Part shown: one piece after another, positions 22,546-33,000 of the stretch | Layout of the letters: every line of letters starts with the position of its first letter | Position numbering within the stretch: position 1 is the stretch's first letter | From: Squalus acanthias | Taxonomy: Eukaryota | DNA: 64,000 nt | Reading direction: 5' to 3' | Assembly (NCBI GenBank): GCA_030390025.1 | Contig: CM059431.1 | Location: forward strand, 149,484,001-149,548,000 | Position numbers and translations under genes: made by a program | The notes under the pieces: generated by a model | What the model was told of the DNA's origin: nothing | Database searches by the model: none | Seen by the model: the letters and a program-made list of their open reading frames with translations, nothing else

Positions 22546-23935
22546 TGGGCAGAATGGCCTCATCCTGTTCCTGCAAAACGGGCTTGAGCGGCTGAATTGC
22601 TTCCTCCTGTTCCTGTGTAACAGGCTCGAGCGGCTTAATGGCCACCTCTTCCTGTGTAATAGGCTGGCGGGTGTGAATGGGCCTACTCCTGTTCCTGTGC
22701 AACAGCCTCGAGGAGATGAATGGGTCTCCTCCTTTTCCTGTGTAATGTGCTCGAGGGGGCTGAATGACCTCCTCCTCTTTCTAGAGCAACGGATTCGAGG
22801 GGCTGAATGGCCTCCTCCTGTAACTCTAGTAACAGGCTCGAGGGGCTGAATGGGCGCCTCCTTTTCCTGTGTAACAGCCTCGAGGGGTTCAATGGGATTC
22901 CTCCTGTTGCTGTGTAATGGGGTCGAAGGGGCTGAATGAACTTCTCCTGTTCCCGTGTAACTGGCTCGAGGGGGTGAATGGCCCCCTCCTGTTCCTGCAT
23001 AAGAGTATTGAGGGGCTATTTGTCTCCTCCTGTTCCTATGTAACAGGCTCGAGGGGATGAATGGCCTCTTCCAGATCCAGTGTAACAGGCTCGATGGGGC
23101 CTGAATGGCCTCCTCCTGTTCCTGTGTAACGGGCTCGACCGGCTGAATGGACCTACTCTTATTTCTATGCAACAGGCTCAAGCGGCTGAATGGGGCTCTT
23201 CCTGTTCCTGTGTAATGGGCTCGAGGGGCTGAATGGGCCTCCTCCTTTCCCTGTGCAATGTGTTCGACGGGCTGAATGTGCTTCCTCCTGTTCCTGTGTA
23301 ACAGGCTCGAGAAGAAAAATGACCTCCTGTTCCTGTGTAATAGGCTTGATGGGCTGAATGGCCACCTGTTCCTTTGTAGCAGGCTTGAGGGGCTGGATGT
23401 GCCTACTCCTGTTCCTATGTAACAGTCTCGAAAGCGCTGAATGAGGCTACTCCTTTTTCTGTGTAACGGGATAGAGGGGCTGAATGGCCTACTCCTGTTC
23501 CTGCGTAACAGCCTCGAGTGGTTGAATGTGCCTCCTCCTGTTCCTTCATAATGGGCACTAAGGGGCTGAATGAACTTCTCCTTTTCCCGTGTAACTGGCT
23601 CGAGTGGGAGAATGGCTCCCTCCTGTTCCTGCATAATAAGTTTGAGGGGCTGATTTGCCTCCCACTGTTCCAGTGTAACAGACTCAAGGGGCTGAAAGGC
23701 CTACTCCTGCTCCTGTGTAACAGGCTTGAGGCGATGAATGGCCTCCTCCTGTCACTGTGTAACTGGCTCGAGAGGCTGAATGGGCCTACTCCTTTTCCTA
23801 TAGTAACAGGCTCGAGGGGGCTGATTGGGCCTACTCCTTTTCCTATAGCTACAGGCTCGAGGGGGCTGATTATCCTCCTCCTGTTCCTATAGTAACAGGC
23901 TCGAGGGGGCTGATTGGCCTCCTCCTGTTCCTCCG
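22545..23935 (+). repeat. ~42-bp minisatellite derived from the CR1 3' terminus
   Basis: Unit aacaggctcgaggggctgaatggcctcctcctgttcctgtgt (taacaggc at 23041 and 23083). Compare the CR1 end gcaggctcgaggggctgaatggcctgctcctgctcctat at ~2794-2832. Confidence 0.92.
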
Positions 23936-24069
23936 AGTCAACCGGTTGTTGTTTTCCGACAAATCTGACAGTTTTTCACAATCACTTTGATATGGGACCA
24001 TAACTTAAGCCACCAGAATCATGATTTTAATTTCACATCTACCAAATTCAAAGATACAAGGAACTCTCA

Positions 24070-24400
24070 TTTCTACGACCCCTGTTACCACCTCAGGAGG
24101 TCTCAAAGCTCTTCACAGTGAAGTAAGCTCTTTTGAAGTGCAGTCACTGTTGTGCGGCCGGAAACGTGGCAGCCAATTTACGCACAGCAAGCTCCCACAA
24201 ACAGCAATGAGAAAATGACCAGATAATCTGTCTTTTTAGTGCTCTTGTTTGAGAGATAAATATTGGGCCCAGGACACCAGGGAGAACTCCTCCTGCTCTT
24301 CTTCCAATAGCGTCCGTGGGAACATTTACGTCCACCTGAGAGGGCAGACGGGGGCCTCGATTTAACGTCTCATCTGAAAGTCGGCACCTCCGACAGTTCA
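24070..24400 (-). mobile_element. Deu-domain SINE (SacSINE1/AmnSINE1-like), head missing
   Basis: Minus strand has ggaggtgccgactttcagatgagacgttaaatcgagg...ctctcaggtggacgtaaa...ttgctgtttgtgggagcttgctgtgcgtaaattggctgcc, recognised from memory as the Deu-SINE body. Confidence 0.75.
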
Positions 24401-24595
24401 GTGTTCGTCAGTACTGCCCCTCCGACAATGCAGCGCTCGCTCAGTACTACCCCTCCAACAGTGCAGTGTCCGTCAGTACTGCACCTCCAACAGTGCAGTG
24501 TCCGTCAGTACTGCCCCTCCAACAGTGCAACGCTCCCTCAGAACTCCCTTTCCGACAGTGCATGGTTCGTCAGTACTGCCCCTCCGATAGTGCAA
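24388..24595 (+). repeat. Short 33-bp minisatellite contiguous with the Deu-SINE
   Basis: About six units of the same 33-mer as 18705-20553. Confidence 0.85.
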
Positions 24596-24597
24596 GC

Positions 24598-24800
24598 TAC
24601 TATATTAGCCTCAACGCCATGAGACCTTATTATGTGTAATAACCTTTTACCTGACACCTTATCTAATGCCTTATGGAAATCCAAATACTCTAAATTCACT
24701 GGCTCCCCTTTATCTTCGCTGCTCGTTGCATCCACAAAACACTCTAATAAATTTGTAAAACAAGATTTCCCTTTCATTAAAACATGTTGACTCAGCCTTT
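24598..24800 (-). mobile_element. CR1 RT internal fragment
   Basis: MKGKSCFTNLLECF...YLDFHKALDKVS. Confidence 0.85.
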
Positions 24801-24809
24801 TCACGTTAT

Positions 24810-26330
24810 CACCTACATAGACCAGGGATCTCCTACACAGAGCCAGAGACCTCCTACACAGACCAGAGACCTCCTACACAGACCAGTGATCTTCGACACA
24901 GACCAGGGATCTCCGACACAGACCAGCGATCTCCCACACAGACCAGGGATCTCCTACACAGACCAGTGAGCTTCGACAGAGACCAGGGAACTCCTACACA
25001 GACCAGTGAGATTCGACACAGACCAGGGAACTCCTACACAGACCAGTGAGCTTCGACACAGATCAGGGATCTCCTACACAGTGCCAGGGATCTCCTTCAT
25101 AGACCAGCGATCTACGACACAATGCTAAGGAACTCCTAATCAGACCACAGATCACAGACACAGAGCCAGGGATGTCCAGCAGAGACCAGTGATCTCCTAC
25201 ACAGTGAAAGCGATCTCCTTCACAGACACAGGGATATCCTTCACAGACCAGGGATATCTTACATAAGAACAATTTGTATTTATATCGCGCATTTAACGTG
25301 GTAAAACGTCCAAGGCGCTACACAGGAATATTATAAGACAAAAAAATTGATACCAAGCCACATAAGGAGAAATTACAGCAGGTGACCAAAGAGATAGGTT
25401 TTAAGGAGCGTCTTAAAGGATGAAATTTAGGCAGCGAGCCGGAGCGGTTTAGGCAGCGAATTCCAGAGCTTAGGGCCTAGACAACAGAAGGTACGGTCAC
25501 CAATGGTTGAGCGATTATTATCAGGGATGCTCAAGAGGGCAGAATTAAACGAGCGCAGATATCTCGGGTTGTTGTGGGGCTGAAGGAGATTACAGACAAA
25601 TGGGCTCCCACACAGAGATAGGGAGCTCCTACACAGACCACAGATCTCCTACACAGACCAGGGATCTCCGACACAGTTCAGGGATCGCCCAGACAGACAC
25701 AAGGAGCTCCTACACAGACCACGGTTCTCCTGCACAGACCAGGGATCTCCCACACAGACACAGGGAGCTCCTACACAGACAAAGGGGCTCCCACATAGAC
25801 ACAGGGATCTCCTTCACAGAACAGGGATCTCCCACACAGACACAAGGAGCTCCTACACAGACACAGGGAGCTCCTACACTGATCACGGATCTCCTACACA
25901 GACCAGTGATAACCTACACAGACCAGGGATAGCCTACACAGTTCAGGGCTCTCCTACACAGACCAGGGATCTCCTACACAGCTCAGGGATCGCCTACACA
26001 GACCAGGGCTCTCCTACACAGACCAGGGATCTCCTACACAGACCAGGGATCTCCTACACAGATCAGGGAACGTCTTCATACAGCCAGATATCTTCTACAC
26101 AGTGCAAGGGATCTTCTAAACAGACCAGAGATTTTTCACACAGACCAACCATATCCTACATAGAGCCAGGGATCTCTTACACAGAGACAGGGATCTTTTT
26201 CACTGAGCCATGGATCTCCAAAAAAGAGCTGGTTATCTCCAACACTGAGCCAGGGAGTTCCTACACAGACCAGGAATCTCCTAAACGGACGAGGGAATCT
26301 CCTACGCAGACCAGGGATCTCCTACTTAAA
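24810..26330 (+). repeat. 20-bp minisatellite (acacagaccagggatctcct), interrupted at ~25265-25597
   Basis: Directly visible tandem units. Confidence 0.93.
25265..25597 (-). mobile_element. L2-type LINE 3' fragment
   Basis: Minus strand has gccttctgttgtctaggccctaagctctggaattcgct...ctccttaaaacctatctcttt...cgctatataaat-like end typical of L2 tails. Confidence 0.65.
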
Positions 26331-26333
26331 GGT

Positions 26334-26914
26334 ACATAAGAACATACGAATTGGGAGCAGGAGTAGGCCTCTCGGTCCCTCGAGCCTGCTCCGCCATTCA
26401 ATCAGATCATGGCTGATCTAATGACTCCACATTTCCGCCTACCCCGATATCCTTTCATCCCATTGATATCAAGAATCTATCTACCTCTGCCTTAAATCTA
26501 TTCAAAGACTCTGCTCCTATCGCCCTCTGAGGGACTGAGTTCCAAAGACTCACGACCCTTTGTGAGAAATGATTTTCCTCATCTCTGTCTTTACTGGGTG
26601 ACCCCTTATTTTTAAACAGTAACCCCTGGTACTAGATTATCCCACACGATTAAACATCCACTCCAAATCCAGCCTTTCAGACCCCTCAGGATCAGATATG
26701 TTTCAATCAAATCACCACTTATTCTTCGGAACTCCAGCGGATACAAGCCTAGCCTGTCCAACCTTTCCTCATAAGACAACCTGCCCATTCCAGGTATTAT
26801 TCTAGTAAACCTTCTCTGAACTGCTTCCAACGCATTTACATCCTTCCTTAAATAAGGAGAGCAATACTGTACAAAGTACTCCAGAGGTGGTCGCACCAAT
26901 GCCATGTATAAATG
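26334..26914 (-). mobile_element. CR1 LINE 3' fragment
   Basis: ALVRPPLEYFVQYCSPYLRKDVNALEAVQRRFTR, followed by the CR1 3' UTR and tail. Confidence 0.92.
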
Positions 26915-26967
26915 AAAATGAGAAGTCGCACAACACCAGGTTATAGTCCAACAGATTTATTTAAAAT

Positions 26968-27003
26968 TACAAGCTTTCGGAGCTGTCGCTCCTTCTTCAG
27001 GTA
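26968..27003 (-). ncRNA. Minimal type I hammerhead ribozyme motif in Penelope B 3' pLTR
   Basis: Minus strand: tac CTGAAGA a ggagc-gaca-gctcc GAAA gc TT gta, followed by AATAAA. Confidence 0.75.
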
Positions 27004-27230
27004 GGGTAGCTGTGAGAGAATCTCCCAGAATTCACAATATAAACACAGAAAAAATGTATTCAAATCTTTCCCTACATCAAAGACACACTAAGAGCACAGC
27101 CAAGACAATGAGATGTGTCCCAGGGGGTCCAACGTGTCAAAACACCTGCTGGCTGCATATCCTCTCCATTTGTGTTTGGTTCTTGTGTTAGTTTAAAAAA
27201 AAACCTGGAAAGACCGGCCATGATGTCAAG

Positions 27231-29888
27231 TCACGTTCTGTATCGTGACATGAACCCGATATCGCGATTGAGGCCATCCTCATGAGTGCGGAACTTGGCT
27301 ATCAGTTTCTGCTCTATGATTTTGCGCTATCGTGTATCCCGAAGGCCGCCTTGGAGAACGCTTACCCGCAGATCCGAGGCTGAATGCCCCTGACTGCTGA
27401 AGTGTTCCCCGACTGGGAGGCAACCCTCCTGCCTGGCGATTGTTGCGTGGTGTCCGTTCATACGTTGTCTCAGTGTCTGCATGGTCTCGCCGATGTACCA
27501 TGCTCTGGGGCATCCTTTACTGCAACGTATCAGGTAGACAACGTTGGCCGAGTCACATGAGTATGTACCATGTACCTGGTGGGTAGTCTCCTCACGTGTG
27601 ATGATGGTATCTGTGTCCATGATCTGGCATGTCTTGCAGAGGTTGCCGTTGCAGGGTTGTGTGGTGTCGTGGTTGCTGTTCTCCTGAAAGATGGGTAATC
27701 TGCTGCGAACGATGGTACTTTTGAGGTTAGGCGGCTGCTTGAAGGCGAGTAGTGGAGGTGTGGGGATGGCCTTAGCAAGGTGTTCGTCGTCATCGATGAC
27801 ATGTTGAAGGCTGCGAAGAACATGGCGTAGTTTTTCCGCTCCGGGGAAGTACTGGACGATGTAGAGTACTCTGTTGGTTGTGTCCCGTGTTCGTCTTCTG
27901 AGGAGGTCTATGCGGTTTTTCGCTGTGGCCCGTCGGAACAGTCGATCGACGAGTCGAGCGTCACGTCTTTCAGTGTCCGTAGGTGTCCATCGCGTTCCTC
28001 CTCGTCTGAGCAGATCCTGTGTATTCGCAGGGCTTGTCCATAGGGGATGGCTTCTTTAACGTGGTTAGGGTGGAAGCTGGAGAAGTGGAGCATCGTGAGG
28101 TTGTCCATGGGCTTGCGGTAGAGTGAAGTGCTGAGGCGTCCGTCTTTGATGGAGATTCGTGTGTCCAAGAATGAAACCGATTCTGAGGAGTAGTCCATGG
28201 TGAGTTTGATGGTGGGATGGAACCTGTTGATGCTATCGTGTAGTCCTTTCAGTGATCCTTCGCCGCGGGTCCAAAGGAAGAAGATGTCGTCGATGTATCT
28301 GGTGTACAGTATTGGTTGGAGGTCCTGTGCAGCGAAGAAGTCTTGCTCGAACTTGTGCATGAAGATGTTGGCGTATTGGGGTGCGAATTTGGTCCCCATG
28401 GCTGTTCCGTGTGTTTGGGTAAAGAAATGGTTGTCGAAGGTGAAGACATTGTGGTCAAGGATGAAGCGGATGAGTTGTAGGATGGCGTCCGGAGATTGGC
28501 TGTTGTTGGTGTTGAGTACTGAGGCTGTCGCAGCGATGCCGTCATTGTGGGGGATATTGGTGTAGAGTGCCGATACGTCCATCGTGACGAGGAGTGTTCC
28601 TGGTTCAACTGGTCCATGGGTGCTGAGTTTCTGCAAGAAGTCTGTAGTGTCGCGACAGAAGCTGGGGGTTCCCTGTACGATGGGTTTCAGGATGCCCTCG
28701 ACGTACCCAGAGAGGTTCTCACACAGGGTTCCGTTGCCTGATACGATAGGACGTCCGGGTGTGTTGGCTTTGTGTATCTTTGGGAGGCAGTAAAAGTATC
28801 TTACGCGGGGAGTACGTGGGATGAGAGCACGTAGGATGTTTTGAAGGTCTGGATCGAAGGTCTTGATCAGTCTATTGAGTTGGTGGGTGTGTTCTTTGGT
28901 CGTATCTGTGGGTAGCTGTCTGTAGTGTTCCTGGTTGTCCAGTTGTCGGTATGCTTCTTTGCAATAGTCCATCTGTTCTGTATGACGATGGCTCCTCCTT
29001 TGTCCGCTGGTTTGATGACGATGTCGCGGTTGGTCTTGAGAGCGTGATGGCGTTGCGTTGTGCTCGGGTGACATTCTGGACTGTCTTGTGAGTACGGTTG
29101 ATGAATCTGGCGTTGATGCATTTCCTGACAGCTTGAGCATACATGTCAAGCTTAGGGCTGCGACCCTCCGGAGGGGTCCAATTTGACTCTTTCTTCCTCG
29201 GTTGTAGCACTGCGGTTCCCTCTGTCTGCTGTTCCGGATCATTGATTGTCTCATTAGGAATGTTGCTGACATCTTGGGATTTGTCGTAGTATTCCCAGAT
29301 CATCATTCTCCTGATGAATTCCTCTGTGTCCGCCGCGAGACCGATGGGGTCCATTTTGGTGGTGGGGCAGAACTTGAGCCCTAGGGCGAGAACTTCGATT
29401 TCGTCTGGTTGAAGGGTGTGGTCCGACAGGTTGACGATGGACTTCCCTGTGGTTGCAACTGTGGTACCGGGGGAGGCTTAGTTGCAGCTGGTGGTTACGC
29501 CGAGTTTCTCAAGCTTCCTGTTCTTGATGCGCATGTAGGCAGCGTAGTTCCGTTGCCTCGACTGTTTGGTGGTGTCTCGTAGCTGGTCTGCTGTGTCCTG
29601 AGCACAGGCTGAGAGCATGGACTCTATCTTGGTTTCGAGGTTGCGACGTCTGCTATAGAGCTGGTGTACGAGATGGTTGCGGAGTGTACGAGAGGTACGA
29701 CGGCATAGTCTCTCAGCGTAGTCTGTGTTGTATGTCGACTTGAGTGGGTTCGTGATCTGTAGTCCTTTCGGAATCTTGTCTGCTTTCTTGCATCTCTGCA
29801 GGTACTTGATGTCTGTGTCAATATGCGCGATCTTCTTGGCGATTCTCTCCACTTTGAGCCGGCAGTTTGCGGTGTCAATAGAGGTCAT
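27231..29888 (-). pseudogene. Penelope polyprotein (RT and GIY-YIG endonuclease) with a few stops and frameshifts
   Basis: Starts MTSIDTANC. Contains IVNLS, GLKFCPT, IKPADKGGAIV, FYCLPKIHK...PGRPIVS, MDVSALYTNI, GTAMGTKFAPQYAN, RYIDDIF, FLD, WYIGET. Confidence 0.95.
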
Positions 29889-30022
29889 GATGTGGAGATG
29901 CCGGCGTTGGACTGGGGTGGACAAAAATGAGAAGTCGCACAACACCAGGTTATAGTCCAACAGATTTAAATAAATTACAAGCTTTCGGAGCTGTCGCAAC
30001 CTCGAAACCAAGATAGAGTCCA

Positions 30023-33000
30023 AGAATCGAATCTTCATTGCTGAGCCTGCCTCCCGCAGTTAAGCGGATCAGTTTACCTGTCATAGTCTGATCTACGTTT
30101 CTTAGGAGTGTCCAGTCATTGAAGTGACATTGATTGAATTGATAGATTGCTTTGAGTTTCATCCTCGATATCTCTATTTAAATGTATTAACCATGAGTGG
30201 GAATAGTGTCTCACTCTGCTGTGCCCACCTGACTGGTACGAATAGGATCATGTAATTTGAGCGTCTCAACAGAACAGATTTCACCACTTTTCGCAGAATG
30301 TGTGGCCATATTTAACCGTTATTAGGACCGAACATGATGTCTACCTTACGCCGTTAAGCTGTGTGGTCAGCGATTGTTTCTGGCCAGTCCCTAACAGTTT
30401 AATATGTATTCTACGGCGTGACTGCTTTTCTTCCGTCTGTTTGAGGATTCAGCCTCATTTTACAGCGCTGTTTCTTACACAGGTGGCTGATTAGTGATGT
30501 CTGGTTGAGTTAATTGATACTGCAGCAGTTTCTGGGTGATGGGTCACTTTACATGTGTTGTGTTAGGCCCAGACAGCAGGTGAGTTGCGATAGTTCAGCA
30601 TAGACCACAGAGGATGCCTGTAACTGTCCTGTTCTTTGTGTCTCAGGTACTCACCAGGTCATGGAATGATCCTGGGCCCATCCTGCTCAGTGTAGGGCTC
30701 AGCAACACATCGGGTGAGATCAGCTAACACACCACAGGTCGGGGATTGCTTCTGGACCCATCCTGCTCTGTGTGGGGCTCAGTACCACACTGGGTGTGAT
30801 CAGTTAAAACTCCAGAGGCCGGTGAAAGCTCCTGGAACTATTCTGCACTGTGTGTGAGGCACAGTACCTCTCTGAATGGGAACTACTGAAACACCACAAG
30901 CCGGGAAAGTAGCCTGTGCCCATCTTGATCTGTGTGTGGTTCTCGGTATCACACCGGGTGTGACCAGGGAAAACACCAAAGTACAGGACATATGCTGGGC
31001 TCTTCCTGCTCTGTGTGTGGTGCACAGTCCATCTCCAAATGAGAACAACTGACATACCACAGGAATGTGCATGATCCAGGGCCCTAGCTGCCCTCTGTGT
31101 GTGGCTCAGTACCATAATGGGTTTGATCAGCATACACACCACAGGCCATGGAATGATCTTGGGCCGATCCTGCTCTGTGAGGGGGTCAGTACTACACTGT
31201 GTGAGATCAGGTAACACATCACAGGCTGTGGAATGCTACTGGCCCAAACCTGCTCTGTGTGGGGCTCAGTACCACACTGGGTGAGAGCAGTTCAATCAGC
31301 ACAGGTCTGGGATGGAGCCTGGTATCTTCCTTCTCTGTTTGTGACTCAGTACCACACGGGGGAGATCAGCTACCACACGACAGGCTGGGATCAATCCTAC
31401 ATCTTTCGTGTTCTGTGGGGCTGAGCACTACTTCAGTTCAGATCTGTTAACAGAGCCTGGGCCTTTCCTGGTCTATACTTGGAGATCAGTACCTCACAGA
31501 ATGAGAACAACTTGATATACCACAGATCGCGAATGGAGACAGGCCAGTTCCTGCTCTGTGTGGGCTCAGTATCACATAGGATGATATCAGGGAAATCAAC
31601 ACAGGACAGGGAATGATCCTGCGGCTTTCCTGCGCTTTGGTGTGGCGCTCAGTACCTCACTGAATGAGAATATTTGACAAACCACAGGCATGGAATGGAG
31701 CCTGTGCCCTTCCTGCACTTTGTGGAGCTCAGTACCTCAAGGACTGAGAATAACAGGCATACCACAGGACTTTAATGGAGCCTGGGCCCTTCCTTCACTC
31801 TGGGTGGGGCTCAGTACCTCACCGAATGAGAAAAACTGAGATTCGACAGGCCAGGAATGGAGCCTGGGCCCATCCTGCTCAGTGTCTGCATTTCATTACC
31901 TCAAAAAATGAGAATAACATACTTATCTCAGGCGGGGAATGGAGCATGGGCCCATCCTGCTCTGTATGTGGTCAGTACCTCACTGAATGTGAACAACTAA
32001 CATGCAACAGGCCGGGAATGGAGCCTGGGCCCATCCTGCTCTGTGTGTGCGTTTCATTACCTCAAAAAATGAGAATAACTAGCATACTACAGTCCGGGAA
32101 TGGAGCCTGGGCCCATCCTGCTCTGTGTGTGGGGCTCAGTACCTCACAGAATGCGAATAACTAACATACTACAGGCCGCGAATGGAGCCTGGGCCCATCC
32201 TGCTCTGTGTATGGAGCTCAGTACCATACAGAATGTGAACAAATAACATTCTACAGGCCGGAAATGGAGCCTGGGTTCGTCCTGCTCAGTGTTTGTGGTT
32301 CAGTAAATCACAGAATGTGAACAACTAACACATTACTGATCGGGAATGGAGCCTGGGCCCATCCTGCTCTGTGTGTGGGGCTGATAACTCACAGAATGTG
32401 AACAAGTAACATACTACAGGCCGGGAATGGAGCCTGGGCCCATCCAGCTCTGTGTGTGGTGTTCAGTACCTCACAGAATTTGAACAACTAAAATACTACA
32501 GGCCGGGAATGAAACCTGGGCCCGTCCTGCTCCATGTGTTGTGTTCAGTTCGTCACAGAATGTGAACAACTAACATACTACAGGTCGGGAATGGAGCCTG
32601 GGCCCATCCTGCTCGGTGTGTGGGGCTGATACCTCACATAATGTGAACAAGTATCATACTACAAGCCGGGAATAGTGCCTGGGCCCATCCTGCTCTGTGT
32701 GTGGTGTTCAGTACCTCACATAATTTGTACCATTAACATTCTACATGCCGGGATTGGAGCCTGGGCCCATCCTGCTCTGTGAGTGGGGTTCAGTATCTCA
32801 CGGAATTTGAACAACTAACATACTACAGGCCGGAAATGGAGCCTGGGAACATCCTGCTCTGTGTGTGGGGTTTAGGACCTCACAGAATGTGAACAACTAA
32901 AGTAGTATAGGTCGGGAATGGAGCCTGGGCCCATCCTGCTCTCTGTGTGTGGTTCAGTACCTCACAGAATGTGAACAACGAACACATTACAGGTCGGGAA

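Larger units (their letters stand above)
26915..30022 (-). mobile_element. Near-full-length Penelope-like retroelement family B with terminal direct repeats (pLTR)
   Basis: The repeat aaaatgagaagtcgcacaacaccaggttatagtcc...gctttcggagctgtcgc occurs at both 26915-26989 and ~29924-29997, flanking an RT plus GIY-YIG frame. Confidence 0.95.

Noticed and set aside
22525..23634. 369-aa ORF on the minus strand
   Set aside because: Translation of the 42-bp CR1-tail minisatellite, drifting between repeat frames.
30577..30595. 13-nt microexon GCCCAGACAGCAG|GTGAG in S1 cassettes
   Set aside because: Weak acceptor, donor absent in S2 copies, and length not frame-preserving.
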